A stretch of 53,224 nt of DNA, the filler included, from Sluysia triapertura (Eukaryota), in assembly GCA_046118255.1 (NCBI GenBank). It is 4 parts of 4 records of this genome, joined end to end, with 100 filler letters (N's around TTAATTAATTAA, not from the genome) between each part and the next. Parts side by side here need not be neighbours in the genome. Positions count along the whole stretch, not along the records: positions 1 to 15,026 come from JBJNIA010240993.1; 3 more parts are not named here. One strand, given 5' to 3'. The stretch's first letter is position 1; each line of letters begins with the position of its first letter. The translations under genes and the position numbers were made by a program. The notes under the pieces were generated by a model. It was not told where the DNA came from. It ran no database searches and saw only the letters and a list, made by a program, of their open reading frames with translations. This document shows, in pieces, positions 1 through 13,351 of the stretch.

Positions 1-75
1 TGATTTACCTTAAGCGCTTTTGAGTACTTTCGCGGTAGATATGAGCGCAATATAAATTAATATATTATTATTATT
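1..75 (+). mobile_element. 3' tail of L2/CR1-type LINE (copy 1, end only)
   Basis: taagcgcttttgagt...atgagcgcaatataaattaata(tta)n matches the ends of the longer copies at ~8850-8940 and ~49780-49893. Confidence 0.7.
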
Positions 76-99
76 TGATAATAAATTGTTTCAGAGATC

Positions 100-1476
100 A
101 CAATTTAATTAATAACAAATGTTGATGCATCATTGAAAATATTAGGATCCATACGCTACAAGAACACAATAAAAATAAAAATAATTACAATAATCATAAT
201 GTAATACTAAATACAAAAGACAATAATATACCTTTGAATGAGTCTTCTCGTGACGAATATGATGTAAGACGATGTTATACATGCACAATTTTGATGATTA
301 AAGAGTTTACTGCTTGAAGGGATTCACCGGAAAAGTTTTTATTATAAGTTAAAAGATGAATTTTGTTATTAGACTTAATTGTATTCGTATATATCAGCTG
401 ATCTGGTAGAATTGATGATATGACTTCATTTAATACACAGTCACGATCTGATGTTAGGTAATCTGGAGATGAATATGTACTGGATGGAAAAGATATTTCT
501 CTAAACTGAGTGACCGTATACACATATAAACAATTGGTTCCGAATTTCATACACTTACCATTTAGGTCACTACTGTATGGACAAAGCACTGTTCTATTTT
601 GATTCGAATCTAATGAATTGTGAAAATAGTTCTGAGGCATTGAATTGACAGAAACCGATAGAAGGTACAATACATTCTTAGATGTATGACTAAAATTACG
701 ATGTTATGAGGAACTATGAATTAACATATAGGAACCGTATTCAATTCTTCTTTATATTTGTAGTTATAATCGATATCTAATTGGAATACATTTATTCGTA
801 AAACCTTATTTGAAATTAATTTTGGGTTTGTATAAATTGATTATAATTTTGTTTAGTAGATTATTTTTCTTGCTTCGAATGAAGGCCACAAGCACTCTTT
901 TACGTGGAAGGGAGTAATCGTAAACTTTATTAGCAATTATCGATGCGAACTTTACACCTCAACAGGACGAAATACATCTACTCTCATTTGAAAATTCAAC
1001 TTTCCTTGTATAATCAAGAATATATCTTTATCATTTTTTAATAATTCTGTACATATTGGCATCATGAATTTATAAAAGGCATGCTCTTTTAAATATTCAC
1101 TTGATACATTCGCTTTTAAAACCGAATAAAATTGAGAAAATATATTGATATAGTGACCGATGTTTGATCTCACATTATTATCGAAATCGGTGGTGGCGAT
1201 TCTCAAATTGCAAATTTCACATTTCATAACATTAAACATAATTTCATAGCAATTTATAGGGGCAATGGTGTGCTCTAAGTTTTGATTAATAAATTCCTTT
1301 AAAATATTAACATCAAATCTAGAATAGAGGGCATATGAATAAATATAATAAATGAAGATTTCATCAAATTTTTCAGAAATATTGATATATAAACATTTTC
1401 GTCTTTCCTGAATATCATGTTTTTCATTTGGTGGAGTGGTAATTTCTGACTCAGTTGTAGAAATCATTGTATACAT
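100..1476 (-). pseudogene. Decayed orphan ORF(s) (952..1476 and 275..670) with a Cys-containing region and a hydrophobic C-terminal segment; possibly a TE-borne glycoprotein
   Basis: Two long ORFs in AT-rich DNA. Coding-like sequence continues past the stop at 275 (...FKGILLSFVFSITL*LL*LFLFLLCSCSVWILIF). N-x-S/T sites NRT, NFS, NVS. No family recognised. Confidence 0.4.
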
Positions 1477-1765
1477 GTTTATAGGTATGTTCGTTTGAGA
1501 AATATGGTCTAGATCTGATACTCATTTTACGAAAAGTTTGTTACTAAATCTAAATAATCTATTGTCTTTAACGATGAGATTATAAATGAATCAAAAATTG
1601 TTTTTTCGTTTAGTAAATACAATATTAACAGTCATCTAAATTAGTATTTAAATTTTTTAAAACGCTAAGTTATTTTTTAATTGCCGTTCTTGATCAGTTC
1701 ATTATTTCATTGCGCTGTTTTAGTAATGATAATTGAAATTATGAAACTTTTGCTAATGATCATCT

Positions 1766-2575
1766 ATTGGCTGTCCAACCAGAGTGATAAAATGAACAGA
1801 ACCACTCTGGTTGGACAACCAGTAATAACACAAATCATTTTTACGTTGAAAAGCCAACCACTATCAATGGTGACAAGAATTCACACATGGCAACCAACAG
1901 TGTCAACATTGATAGTGGCAATCACAGATTAAATAACTAAATTAATTAAAAATGATAATACTAAAAACAACAATGTTATTTTCATTGTTGTTATTATTTA
2001 TACATAAGTTCTTTGAAATATTTTGACAACATGATCTTTCTTTTAAATCTTTATTGTTCTGGACACATTTAAATTTATTTAGACTTAATATCTTTAAATG
2101 AAATTATTTTGAATTAGTTTGGTGTAATTAACTCCAATGTTATAAAATAATATGTAAAATGTTTTAAATGAATTTTTAAATACCAATTAATGTTTTTGGC
2201 TGAAGATGAGTTCAAGCGTTGAAAGCCTATGATTTAAGTATTTTGAAATGATATAAATGTTTTATGTGGATTTTAAATGTACATTGATGTTTTGAATGAA
2301 AGTAATGTTTAGATGTTAAAAGATTGTGAATTACAAATATGTTGAGAGTAGTTTAGTGGATGTGAATAAGATAGATTATAGGCTGTGTTTTGGTATATTC
2401 TAAAAGGTCATTGTGTGATGTTGAAAAGTGTAATTTTGATTATGTTGATATAAGACTATGTGGAAAAAATGTTTTTAAAAAGTACATTGTAAATTTTGAA
2501 AGTGAATTTGATTTTGTAGTGTTAAAAAGAAAAACTTTAATAAAACTTGTTAAAAGCTATAGGTTGGCCACTACA
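1766..2575. repeat. Hairpin/CCAAT-type terminal module, copy A
   Basis: Inverted repeats 1772-1786/1803-1817 (15/15) and 1858-1875/1901-1918 (17/18), a C-poor body and the terminus aggttggccactaca; shared with copies ending at 13351 and 48660. Confidence 0.65.
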
Positions 2576-2794
2576 AAAGAATAATTAGATAGTGAAATTT
2601 TAATTAATACAGACGAACATTTTTCTAATAAAACTGTTTATGTAATTTATTTGAAATTAACTGTTTTTTAGTTACATATGTATAAGTTTTTTATTTCAAG
2701 TGTTCTTAGTTTGATTTTAATAAAACACACATTTCCTTAATATTCGATTTAAACCCTCTTTAAAGAGAAAAGTTAAACGTGAATCATTTGTGCA

Positions 2795-2891
2795 TAACGC
2801 GTTATACGGGATCATATGAGCGTGTTATACGAGAATACTACAACGCGTTTTCCTATAACGTGGAACTATCGTGTTATATGGAATTACTGTA
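2795..2891. mobile_element. pogo/Tigger-like MITE terminus
   Basis: Repeated CGTGTTATA subterminal motifs ending in ...gaattACTG-TA, typical of Tc1/pogo TIRs with a TA target. Confidence 0.5.
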
Positions 2892-3334
2892 TTTTTATAT
2901 TTATAATACATTATTAAATTAGGATTTGATTTTTATCGACGATTTTATAACTTTATTTTTTTCTTCGGAGTTAAGATGGGATGCTATGTGATGGTATATG
3001 TGAAACGTGTTATGATATATTTTTGTGATAAAGTTTTAGTGCCTGTAAGTGATATTAATATAATATTATCGTGGTACCACCACAGTATTTATAAAATATT
3101 TTGCTCTTGAGCTACGATTTTTTACAGATTTTTCAAGTCTATTAGTCCGACATTTAATTTAATAAACATAACTCGTGTAAATGAAAAATGTAAATAATTT
3201 AATGTAATGTTTAATAAAGATAACTTAATGTTTGAGAAAATTTTAAATTAATAATATTGAGTAATTTAAAAATAATTGTTGAGATAATAATGCTTAAAAA
3301 TAAATAATAATTAAATAAATAATTACTTAAATAT

Positions 3335-3690
3335 AACATGGAATCAAAATTTAGTAGTAAAAACAATCACTGTAAATTAAAATTATACAGAGTAATCATT
3401 TTAAATTAAGATTGTATAGAGACAACATGAAATCAAAATTGATAAATATTAAACCCTACTACTACAGTAAATTAAATAAATAACATCATTTTGAATTAAG
3501 TTTGGATAGAAATAATATGAAATTAAATTTTAAGAGCACAATTTTCGATCAACATCATCTTAAAAACAAGGTTTAGAATATTTTGTTAAAATAAAATCAT
3601 GTTAAATTAAGATTAAATAAAGATAATATTTAATAAAAATTTAATATTATTGTATTCGATCAAAATCATTTTTAATTGAGATTAGGCAGA
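3335..3690 (+). repeat. Degenerate minisatellite-like dispersed repeat (related to ~52200-52620)
   Basis: Recurring aatcattttaaattaagatt-like units; tttaagagca...gatcaa block shared with ~52330. Confidence 0.5.
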
Positions 3691-5299
3691 ATAGATAGAA
3701 GTATTGTGATCGACAAAAATTAATGAAATCCATTTAATGTAATAAATTTTATAACTAATTCAGACTAGAAAAATTTATACTATAATTATGATAAAAAATA
3801 TATTAATATTATAATGACAAGAAATTTAGACAAATTGTTACTGTAATATTGTATAAGAATCATTAGATAAACATTAATATTAGTAATAAAGAAAACACTA
3901 TAAATATAAATCGTGCTAAAAAGTCGTCTTAATAAATTGAAGTCATAACGCTGTTTATTTAAAGCCAAGTAGTTAAATCATCGATTATCTACATTTGTTT
4001 ATCTGAAGACGTCATTGCTGAATTTTAGCTAAAAGATTTGGATTGAATCTCGAAAATAACTATAATACAAATTTTTAATTCTTTACTAGATCAGAAAGTA
4101 AGAATTTTTCCTAATCTGAATATAAAACAATTAAAATTTGTTATTTTTTAATTATAAATATGAAAATAAATAAAGTTATATTATATTATTGTATTAGTTC
4201 ATTTTGTATTTTAAATAATATAAATAAAATTCTTGTAATTTAATTTAATTTTTGTAGTTTGTGTTCATGTTTAAGAGGGATAAAGTAAAATAGAATTTTC
4301 GGAAAAGGAATTAAAAATTTTAAAGTGAATTAAAGTACTTTTAAGCGAGTTAAAAAATTATAACAAAGTTTTAAAGCCTGATCGATCCTAAACAGAATTT
4401 AAGTGTAACTAAACAAAAGCAAAGATTTAAAATTCGCTCAGCACTTCCATCTCAAACATTTCACAATTTCAGATAAAGCTTTTGAATAAGTATAATGCAT
4501 TAATATAGATTACAAAACATAGACAATACTTGCAAGATAAATTAGTAAAAGAAGTTTACATCAATAATAATTATTATTTAGCCTTTCAAATTTTAATTCA
4601 CACTTCTCAGATATAGTTTTGGATAAATACAATTAGTTAATGTAAAACTTTAAAGTTCTAATCACAGGAAACATACAGAACGATTAACTATCTTTAAAGC
4701 AAGAGAAGCTTCGATAAAATTATTGCTAGGGATATAAACATTACCCATTACTAATTATTTTGTTAAGTATTTCGTTAATGAGATATAAAGGAATAGTACT
4801 CGTATTATTAATTATTTGTATTGATATGATATTCATAGATTTCAAAATACAAATAGAACATAGGGGTTCCAGACATTTAATTTGGATCATCCTACATATG
4901 CACAAATATCCAATAAATGATTGCACCAGTGATTAATTTTGATACTGCATATTTATGAGATAATATAATAAGTATTTAATTATTGTGTGGAGGGAAATAA
5001 ATATTTTATCTTACGAAATTTATTATTATTTTTATTTAGTTTCAATTTTATATCAAGAATAATTATAATTAAACAAAAACACTTTAAACCCAGTTCAATT
5101 ATATTTAACAAAATAGGCGTAAGGCTTGTAACTAATAAGAAGTTTATATTCAATTTTATATTCATCACCTCTGGAAAAAATACAGTTTTCCATTCGATAT
5201 TATTTTCCAATAAACATTTCCTTTTCTTTTGATTGTTCTAAAATAAATTGACGATGTTTAGCTATTCAAAATCTAATCCATGAATCTTAATATTATTGT

Positions 5300-5792
5300 C
5301 AAATGTGATACTTTCTTGTACTTGCAACAGAAAACATAATAGAAGGAACGTATACAGCTCTGTTGAAAAAGTAAAGGTTGGTAGGATGAAGAGACATGGT
5401 TGGATTTATGGGATTAGAGATATTGTGTAGCATTAAAAAAATTGAAGAAAAACAAAAAAATAGAAAGATTGATAATAAGGATAAAGGAAATGATAATGAT
5501 AACAATAACGTGGTTATTATATTTATTAATACCGAAGTGTTTATGTTGAAATTTATTATGAAATTTACTATGAGAATTATTATAAAAGTTATTACTTGAC
5601 AATAATGACTATAATTATTATATATTTTAATACGATCTGAATTGTAATAACAGCGGTAGTTCAAGATAATTATGTGCGATGATTATGTTTGTTTTTTTGA
5701 ATGAGTTTAGTAGTTTGTTCAATAGTCTATATACATGTGAAGTGTTTTTATGTGATGAAATGTGATGAATTTTGTGTGATGAATTCCCTACA
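5300..5792 (-). repeat. TGTAGGGAA-initiated interspersed repeat (copy 1)
   Basis: Reverse complement starts tgtagggaattcatcacacaaaattcatc...actactaaactcattcaaaa, matching 23157+ and 42996+. Inner boundary approximate. Confidence 0.7.
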
Positions 5793-5939
5793 CTATATAC
5801 TCATTATGATACATAATTTTAACTTTATAATCAAGAAACTGATTAATTAAAACTGATGATTTTGCGTTATCTACTTTGACGTGTTTCGCACTATTTTGGT
5901 GTTCATCACTCTGATAAATTTCATAATTGTATTTCATTT

Positions 5940-6440
5940 TACACGGTGACCCGAAAATAGATTTACAGTTATCACGTAGACTATTTATTTGAAAATTCGA
6001 CACTAATACAGCAGGAAATTCGTTATACCTGTTAACATAGACACAAGCATAAACAATTTAATCTCTCAGATGCTCAAAATATCCTCCTTCAACATCACAA
6101 CATTCTTCAAATGTCTCCAGGACATTCTGACACACATTCAGATCTTCATCAATTTCTGTGAATGTAGATGAATATAATCTTTTAAATTATTTATTGTTTT
6201 GGGTTTCTCCTCATAAACCGTGTTCTTAACAACCACCGAAAAGAAATCCATAGATGATGCCCCCTTCTTCCGAACCAACGCTGTGGTTAAGGTAGTTTCT
6301 TACTGTACACGCATAATGTGATGGTGCTCCATCCTGCTGAAATAAAAGTTCGTCAACAACTTCACGAAGCATGTCCGGGTAGTTCTCTCTATTTGCAGTT
6401 CCATTACAAAAACGGGTCCAATGCAAACACCATGCGGAAA
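5940..6440 (-). mobile_element. Tc1/mariner transposase 3' remnant with terminal repeat
   Basis: LLFQQDGAPSHYACTVRNYLN, then with frameshifts MDFF..VVKNTVYEEKPKTIN...EECCDVEGGYFEHL; TIR-like end ...gggtcaccgtgTA at ~5940. Confidence 0.85.
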
Positions 6441-7220
6441 GTTATTGATCAAAAATGATTTTTAAACAATTTTAATTAAATTAATTAATAAATATATTTA
6501 TAAATATTTTGAAAAACCTTACAACCACCACATCTTTTGGCGACCCCAACGGTTATTGAATTCCTCCCAAAACTTTAAACTCGCGACACCACATTTTCAA
6601 GTCCTATTTTATACAAGGACATAAATTTTAGGAAAATATTAAATAACATAACTTCAAATTAGTAAAATCAACCATTATATTATATTATCAGTTTTAAAAT
6701 GCACATTGTTTCAAGACCTATCTTAAATAAGGATGTAAACTCATTTGTAATTAATATTTTGAATGCAAGTAATATTCAAATTACATTGATACATATTTTG
6801 GTCTCCATAATCTTATTATAACATAAATCTTTCAGTTTGTAAGCCTTAGGTTACAGGTGGAATTCACTAATTTGATGTTTTCATTTATGATCGTAAAAAC
6901 CTTGACATGTTAATTAACAGTTATTCGATTTATATTTCAAGTTCATGGTTTTAACATTCATTTGGAATATTTAACTTTAGTCGTGATCATTGATATTTAT
7001 TTTGATTATTGTTACATTGTGCTATAAAGAATATAACTGAAGTTAAATCTTATTTTTATTTTCTGAATTTTTTTAAATTTAAATTATTAAAGAGTTAAAT
7101 TAAATTATTTAAAAGATGCAACATTGTGATAGAACAATCACAAAAAATAATAATTAAATATTTTCCGCGTCATTACAAATGCTACCAATGGAAATAAGAA
7201 ATATTCGTCAGATCCAGAAA

Positions 7221-7237
7221 TTATTATTATTATTCGC

Positions 7238-7294
<57 letters not shown>
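7221..7294. repeat. (ATT)n microsatellite
   Basis: Direct observation. Confidence 0.9.
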
Positions 7295-7690
7295 GCATCA
7301 AAGTAAATTAATATATGAAATAATTCAGTGAAATGTTGTTAAAACAGAAATAAATCAATTTCAAAATTGTTAAAATAAAATATTTCAATTTTAAATAAAA
7401 TAATAATTAAAACAATACATTGAATAAAATAAACAAAATTAATGTATAACACTCACCGAACAAGACGTACAGTTAATTGATTAATAATAATAATGATAAT
7501 GCTAATGATAATGATAATTTTTTTAAACGTAAAGTAAATTATTATACGTTAGCCGATAAAATAGATAAAGAACAATATGTATGACATTGGACTGCTTCGA
7601 TGCTGCTTTCGTTGTTACTGAATGATAAAGGTACTAAATATTATTATTATTTAACACGACACAATTTTAAAAAGTTAGTTATTTATTCAA

Positions 7691-7900
7691 TTAACCCTTT
7701 GGGTACATTTGACGACTGAGACTCATCATCAATATGAATAACCAAAGTTACAGATGACCAAAGTCTGACTCGGCATTGGAATTTAACATATGCGTGGTGC
7801 ATACACATCCGTTACGCCAATTCCTTAACACGATTGGTGTCCGCGTAACAACTGACGATCGAAAATAAACATGTTTACATTTTCATTCTTATTTAGGGGA
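7691..7900 (+). mobile_element. piggyBac-like element end
   Basis: TTAA-CCCTTT start followed by a GC-richer subterminal segment; similar TTAACCCT ends at 42580 and (reverse) 38726. Confidence 0.4.
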
Positions 7901-8449
7901 CATTTTCCGAAGCAACATCCCACAAAAGTGACTAACAATTCAAAGTACCTTGAAAAGTTTAACAATGTTCAAAATTATTAAAATTTGTTTATCTTAATCA
8001 ATCTTGTATTATTCATTTACTTGTTTTCTGAATAAAATTATTATGTTTCATTATGTTTATCAAATAAATGTCTATTCATTATGATATCACAGTAAAATTA
8101 AATACGTTAAATATGATAAAAAAAAGTTCAAATAAATCAGAACTCAAGGATTGGAAAATTTTGATTTTTATATACTATTTTGATAAAATTTAAATATATT
8201 TTTAACAAATATTGGATTTTATAAAGTGAACTCGTTAGCATTCGCTTTTTGGGGCACTCCCTTTTTTAGTCAAGAAAAGTTGAAGTTTTAAATATTAAGT
8301 AAATAGAGATAATATTAGACGAAAATGGAAATTACGTAAACTAAATTTAGATAGTTTCAAAGTTTATTACTTTTTATTTATTGTAATAATGATTAAAACA
8401 TGTTTCCTTGCATCACTGGAAATTATTTTCAAGAAGTAATAAAAATAAG

Positions 8450-8940
8450 TGAAGATTACAATTAAAAATGTAACTATTGAACGTATGATTCGAATGCTTT
8501 AGTTCGAAGATCTCATGTAACACCGCCTTATCTTAAGGAATTACGTTGATTGCCTATAAAAGCAAGAATAGAAATTAAAATCATGACAATAATATACAAA
8601 TGCTTAAAATACGTAAGTCCTGAATATATTTTAGAAATAATAAAAAATTGGAAAACAAGATGAATATTTCATTGAGGCATGATAATCTATATAGAATCCA
8701 CAGTGATAACAAGCTAGGTGATAGGTTGTATACTATTTAGGTCTCAAAAATATACTACCAGAGAATGTCAAATTGCTGGAAGATTATGAAATATTTAAGA
8801 AAAAGTCAAAGTTGATTCTGTTTCAGAAATATTATTGTGAATGTTTTATTTTAAGCATTTTTGAGTATTTAGTTAATAGTAGATATGAGTGTAATATAAA
8901 TTAATATATTATTATATAAATTATTATTATTATTATATAA
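8450..8940 (+). mobile_element. L2/CR1-type LINE 3' fragment (copy 2)
   Basis: HVTP.YLKELR*LPIKARIEIKIMTIIYKCLKYVSPEYILEII matches the L2 ORF2 C-terminal motif HITP.L..LHWLP...RI.FK; (ATT)n tail. Confidence 0.85.
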
Positions 8941-10384
8941 CTGAAAAATACTTTGTAGAAATAATAATAATTTCCAGAAAATTCTTCTTTTTCTGAAAAT
9001 TATATTTTTTTAATGAAAATTAGTGATTTTTAAAGGGATGCGATCACCATCTAACAACCGACATCTAATAGAATCATTGTAATCTGTATTTTGATTGATT
9101 TAATTTATAAAGCGAAAACTCGTAAGACTAACCCTGATGCAAAATAAAAACATGTGCCATTTAAATATCTTTAGTAAAGAGAAAGAATTATTTACTAAAT
9201 TTAAATTTTAAATTTTAACTTTAAATTTAGTTTAGTAATTTAAATTTCGGTAAAATATATTTGTAGAATTTTACACAATTAGTATTGTTGGTAATGGATA
9301 AGAAATGAGTAAAGAAGATGTGGAATTGAATCTTGAGACATTTTGAGATCGTATGAACATTTACGTTTTTTGAAATATTGAAGAGTATTTGAAATCTTTA
9401 TAATATTTGTGAAATGAAATCATTGTTTGATGCATTAGTAGTTAGTAAAGGGAAGTAGAAAAATGAATCAGAGTGATGAAGGTGGAAGCACCTAGGACAC
9501 TCTAAAAATAGATTAATTAAGATTAATTAATTAAACTTAATTAAGAAAAAATGCATTTTTATGAATGCAGAGTGCTACGCCAAAGTTGTGACTGTGTATG
9601 TGTTTGTTTTAAAAAGATATTTCGATTGATTGAGTTCATGCGAAGAAAGCCTAAATATTCAGTATGTAAAATTTTAGTTAATTCTTAATTTTGGAAAGTT
9701 GAGTTTCTCATACTTATAATGCCGAAAAGAAAATGAATTGAATATGTGATGATTGCTCTGAAAGAGGAGAATCTAGAAATGTTCTGTTTGAGAATATAAA
9801 CCTTAAACATTTTCTATTAGAATGTGAAAAACTGAAAATTAATTGAATTCAAAAAACTAAAGTTAAATTCATTACTGTTGCTAATATTAATGATTAATAA
9901 TTTAGATGAAAATAAACAGAGTAGAATAGATAAAATAACATAAAATATATAAAAATAAAATATAAATATTTTTTACATTCGTTATTTTTTTAGATTTTAT
10001 AAATTAAAATCGATCATTTTTCATGAGACATCGACTTTTTTTCTTTAATAATACCAAATAAAAGTCACAACGCTAATTATTTTCATATTGTAAACTGTTT
10101 ACAAACTGATTTTCAAAAAAAATTAATTTAATTAACTATGTTATTGAATTTTTGACAAATAGCATTACAAAAATCTTGTATGACACATGTACGCATCAGA
10201 AATAGAATGACTAACTTTTCCAAGTTCTCCCTCTCCTTCGTGGCTCAAACTTTATATGCGCTCGTTATGTTATTCCATATGTTGTATCGCTTATAATTAA
10301 ATAACTATTGTATTATTTTTTGATTTTTTTGCCTTTTTTTACTATGCATCTTAATTCGCAGTAAATTTTTATATTCTTGTATGA

Positions 10385-10940
10385 AAGGGGCGCCAAATTT
10401 TGTTTTGCCCGGAATGCTCAAAACCATAGATCCAGCCAAATCAATGGAAGAAAAGATTTTTAAAAGTCTCCCCTAGAATGCACACTGGCTCGATCTAAGA
10501 TTAGATCCAACAATACAAAATGATTTTAAAACTAAAATTAAGCTTTAAATATTAAAATAAACAACGTAGCACTTATTTTTATTATTTATAAATATAATTA
10601 GAAAATGAATCCTTAAAAAGTAATAACAAAATTAATTTAACTAGACGTATCAATTTAAAATCTAATTTTATAATACTTTAATAGATTAATAATTAAATTT
10701 TATATTTTAAATTAAATTAACATTTTTTTAATAACAAAATAAATATTATAATTTTTACATTAATATAAGCTGTAGCAACTTTTTGTTGGGATAATTAATT
10801 TTAATAATATAATGGAAACAATTTTTAGCACTCAAATTTATTAATATTTATTAAATTTATTTTAAATACTTTTACAAGGGCTTTTAAGCAGTGATGGGCT
10901 ATGAAATTTTTTACAAGAGGCTCACTCTTTTTTCTCGAGA
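10385..10940. mobile_element. Two GC-rich hAT/MITE-like terminal fragments
   Basis: ggggcgccaaattttgttttgcccgg...tagatccagcc and aagggct...gatgggc motifs resemble hAT MITE ends. Confidence 0.25.
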
Positions 10941-11149
10941 ATCGTATGAACTAGTACTCTAGCAATGTGTCACTGCGACTGACATGTGAAAAACAAAGTA
11001 ATGTTAATTAAATGGTTTATTTTATACAAAAAGCAACAATATTATATTAATAAGGAATAGAACAAACAAAACAATAGAATAAAATAAAGAAAATATGTGC
11101 CATTTGTAAAAAAATAACTAAAAGTACTACTACAAGAAAATATTTATAA

Positions 11150-12328
11150 CTTATACCAGAAGCTACCATAATGTATTTCCTTCCTTCCTCACATCTTGTA
11201 ATCTTTTAGATTTATCCAGAGCCGAGCGATGATTTTTCAAAAAAGATTTAACGTACGAGTTAGGATTAAATTTTTCTGAAGATTTCCCATTTAAGTGGAG
11301 ATCGTCCTTAAGAGTGAAAGAAGATCTTTATTATTCAATAACGATATTATTCAACGAACTAAGTGTTATTATTTCCATAATGACCTTGGCTTTTTCACTG
11401 TGATGGAATTTCGATTTGAAATTTTCCAGTCAGTGTGTTTTCTACTAAATCTCTGAAATCATTTATTTTAATTTCATTTTTCAAAATAAAATCCAAAGTT
11501 CTTATTTTCTTTTCTCCTTCTTAACTTCTTCCATATTCCACGTTTCAGGATAACATAAATTAAATGTTTTTCAAGAACAATGGACCAGATGAAACGTTAA
11601 TACGATTATCATTGATAGTATTAGTATCATTAATAGACAAATTTTGCATATCTAATCTGATTTCAAAGGTTGATAAGATAGATTGCATTCTGTCGTAGTG
11701 ATCATTGTAATTTGACGATTAACTAAAAACACTTTAGAATTCGAAAACTCCGTGACAATATCTGCAATTTTTGCCGTATCTGGAACACTCACCAATTTTA
11801 TTGTTTGATAAAGACAAAGAGCTGCCTTATGATGTTTGTTTTCATTATCTTCATTCTCTCGACACTCAATAAATTTTTTCAGACGTTCTGATCATTTACA
11901 ATTACATCTCTCATGATGCTCCTTTTGTTGTTATCCAGAATCTATTTTAAGTACAAATGACTTTGGATCTTTATACAAAATCTTCGATGGAGTAGTCACA
12001 TGGTTGTTTTCATCAGTATAATTATTCATGCGATTGTTGCGGTTAGATTTGACACATACTTGGAATCGAGCAGAACATACACTATGTAACTTTAAACAAT
12101 ATGATTTTATACAATTACATGGTCTTTGATGACCACAAAAACAGCATTACTTTGGTTAATGGTTAATAATTCATGTAATGAAATTTTATTTAATACAATA
12201 GGACTATAATTTCCATTCAATTCATTCTGAGTAACTTCAGTAGTTTGAATTGTCTTCATCTTAGATTTTTGATTGTTACATGACTCTTTATCATTTAAAT
12301 TAGCTAATATTTTATTTTCAGTTTGCAT
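11150..12328 (-). pseudogene. Decayed ~1.2 kb orphan ORF next to module copy B
   Basis: ATG at 12328. Open stretches in shifting frames (CLKLHSVCSARFQVC; KKFIECRENEDNENKHHKAALCLYQTIKLVSVPDTAKIADIVTEFSNSKVFLVN). No family recognised. Confidence 0.45.
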
Positions 12329-12449
12329 CTAAAAAATATTGTTCTCAATATTCATTAAAATTTTTAATTATCTAATTCCAACAAGTAAATCTATTATTCT
12401 CTTTTTAACAATAAAATACAAAATATAAATTTATTACGTAATTAGCTAT

Positions 12450-13351
12450 GATTGGACATCCAATAAGAGAAAGATTATAAATATATAAAGAGTAGAAATG
12501 ATTGGATGTCCAATCGAAATGTAGAATGTGTGCATATCACCATAGAAATGTCACAGTGTTTAATGAAATTCTGTCAAGACTGACAGACACTAAATTAAAA
12601 TCTTTAGTTAGCAACAAATGATACTTATAATGATAATAAAAATGCCGATAATAATTATTATAATAAGTTACATAAATGAAATAAAATAATAATATTAAAA
12701 TTAAATAAAATAAATCTTAGGTTCTTTATTCTTTTAACACAATATTTCTTTCGATACCTTTAGATTATTCTGAAAAAAATTCAATTTTCTTAAATTGGTT
12801 CTTTTGAAGTTGTTTGATAAAATTTTAATTTGAAATTCTTTTTAATATACTGAACATAAAATTGATGATGAACATAATAGTGAGTGACAATTGAGTAAAA
12901 GAGGCCAATACTAAATTACATAAATCTTTCTTCTTATAAATCAAATTATTTTCAATAACTATTTCTTAAATAGAATTCTTTTAGTTATGTTTGATTATGT
13001 TTTAAAAGTCTAAGAAAAAGTAAAAGAATAATGATATGCAGTTATGGATGTTAAAATGAATTCTTTATTTAGTTGAATGTTAAAATGGTTTTGAAGTATG
13101 AATTTACTGTTTCTTAATGATATTAATGATTGAATGTTAAAGAATTATGAACTTTAAATGTTTTGAATCAATTTCGAAATGTACGATTGAAAATTTTAGA
13201 TGTAAATTATGGTTTTATTGTTATGAAACTGTGAACTTAAAATGATATGAAGTATTGAGAATTTTAAAAGATCTCAAAAGAAATGAATTATTGAATATTG
13301 TAAATGTGTACATTTAAGTAAAAATTTCAAGATCTTAGGTTGGTCACCACA
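12450..13351. repeat. Hairpin/CCAAT terminal module, copy B
   Basis: Perfect 15-bp inverted repeat 12450-12464/12501-12515, tctgtc..tgacaga palindrome, C-poor body, terminus aggttggtcaccaca. Confidence 0.6.

Noticed and set aside
100-960. In-frame TAA/TGA suggesting a reassigned genetic code
   Set aside because: Stops co-occur with frameshifts in decayed regions; intact exons (Tbx, GPCR, kinase) have no internal stops
2198-2227. CTGAAGA...GAAA resembling a hammerhead ribozyme core
   Set aside because: Stem II does not pair and no stem III or cleavage triplet could be built
4600-4930. Possible non-LTR retrotransposon C-terminal zinc-knuckle remnant (HLIWI..TY)
   Set aside because: Cysteines missing and no other motifs could be confirmed
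3786-5664. Several short Ile/Asn/Phe-rich ORFs on both strands
   Set aside because: Expected by chance in AT-rich low-complexity or repeat DNA
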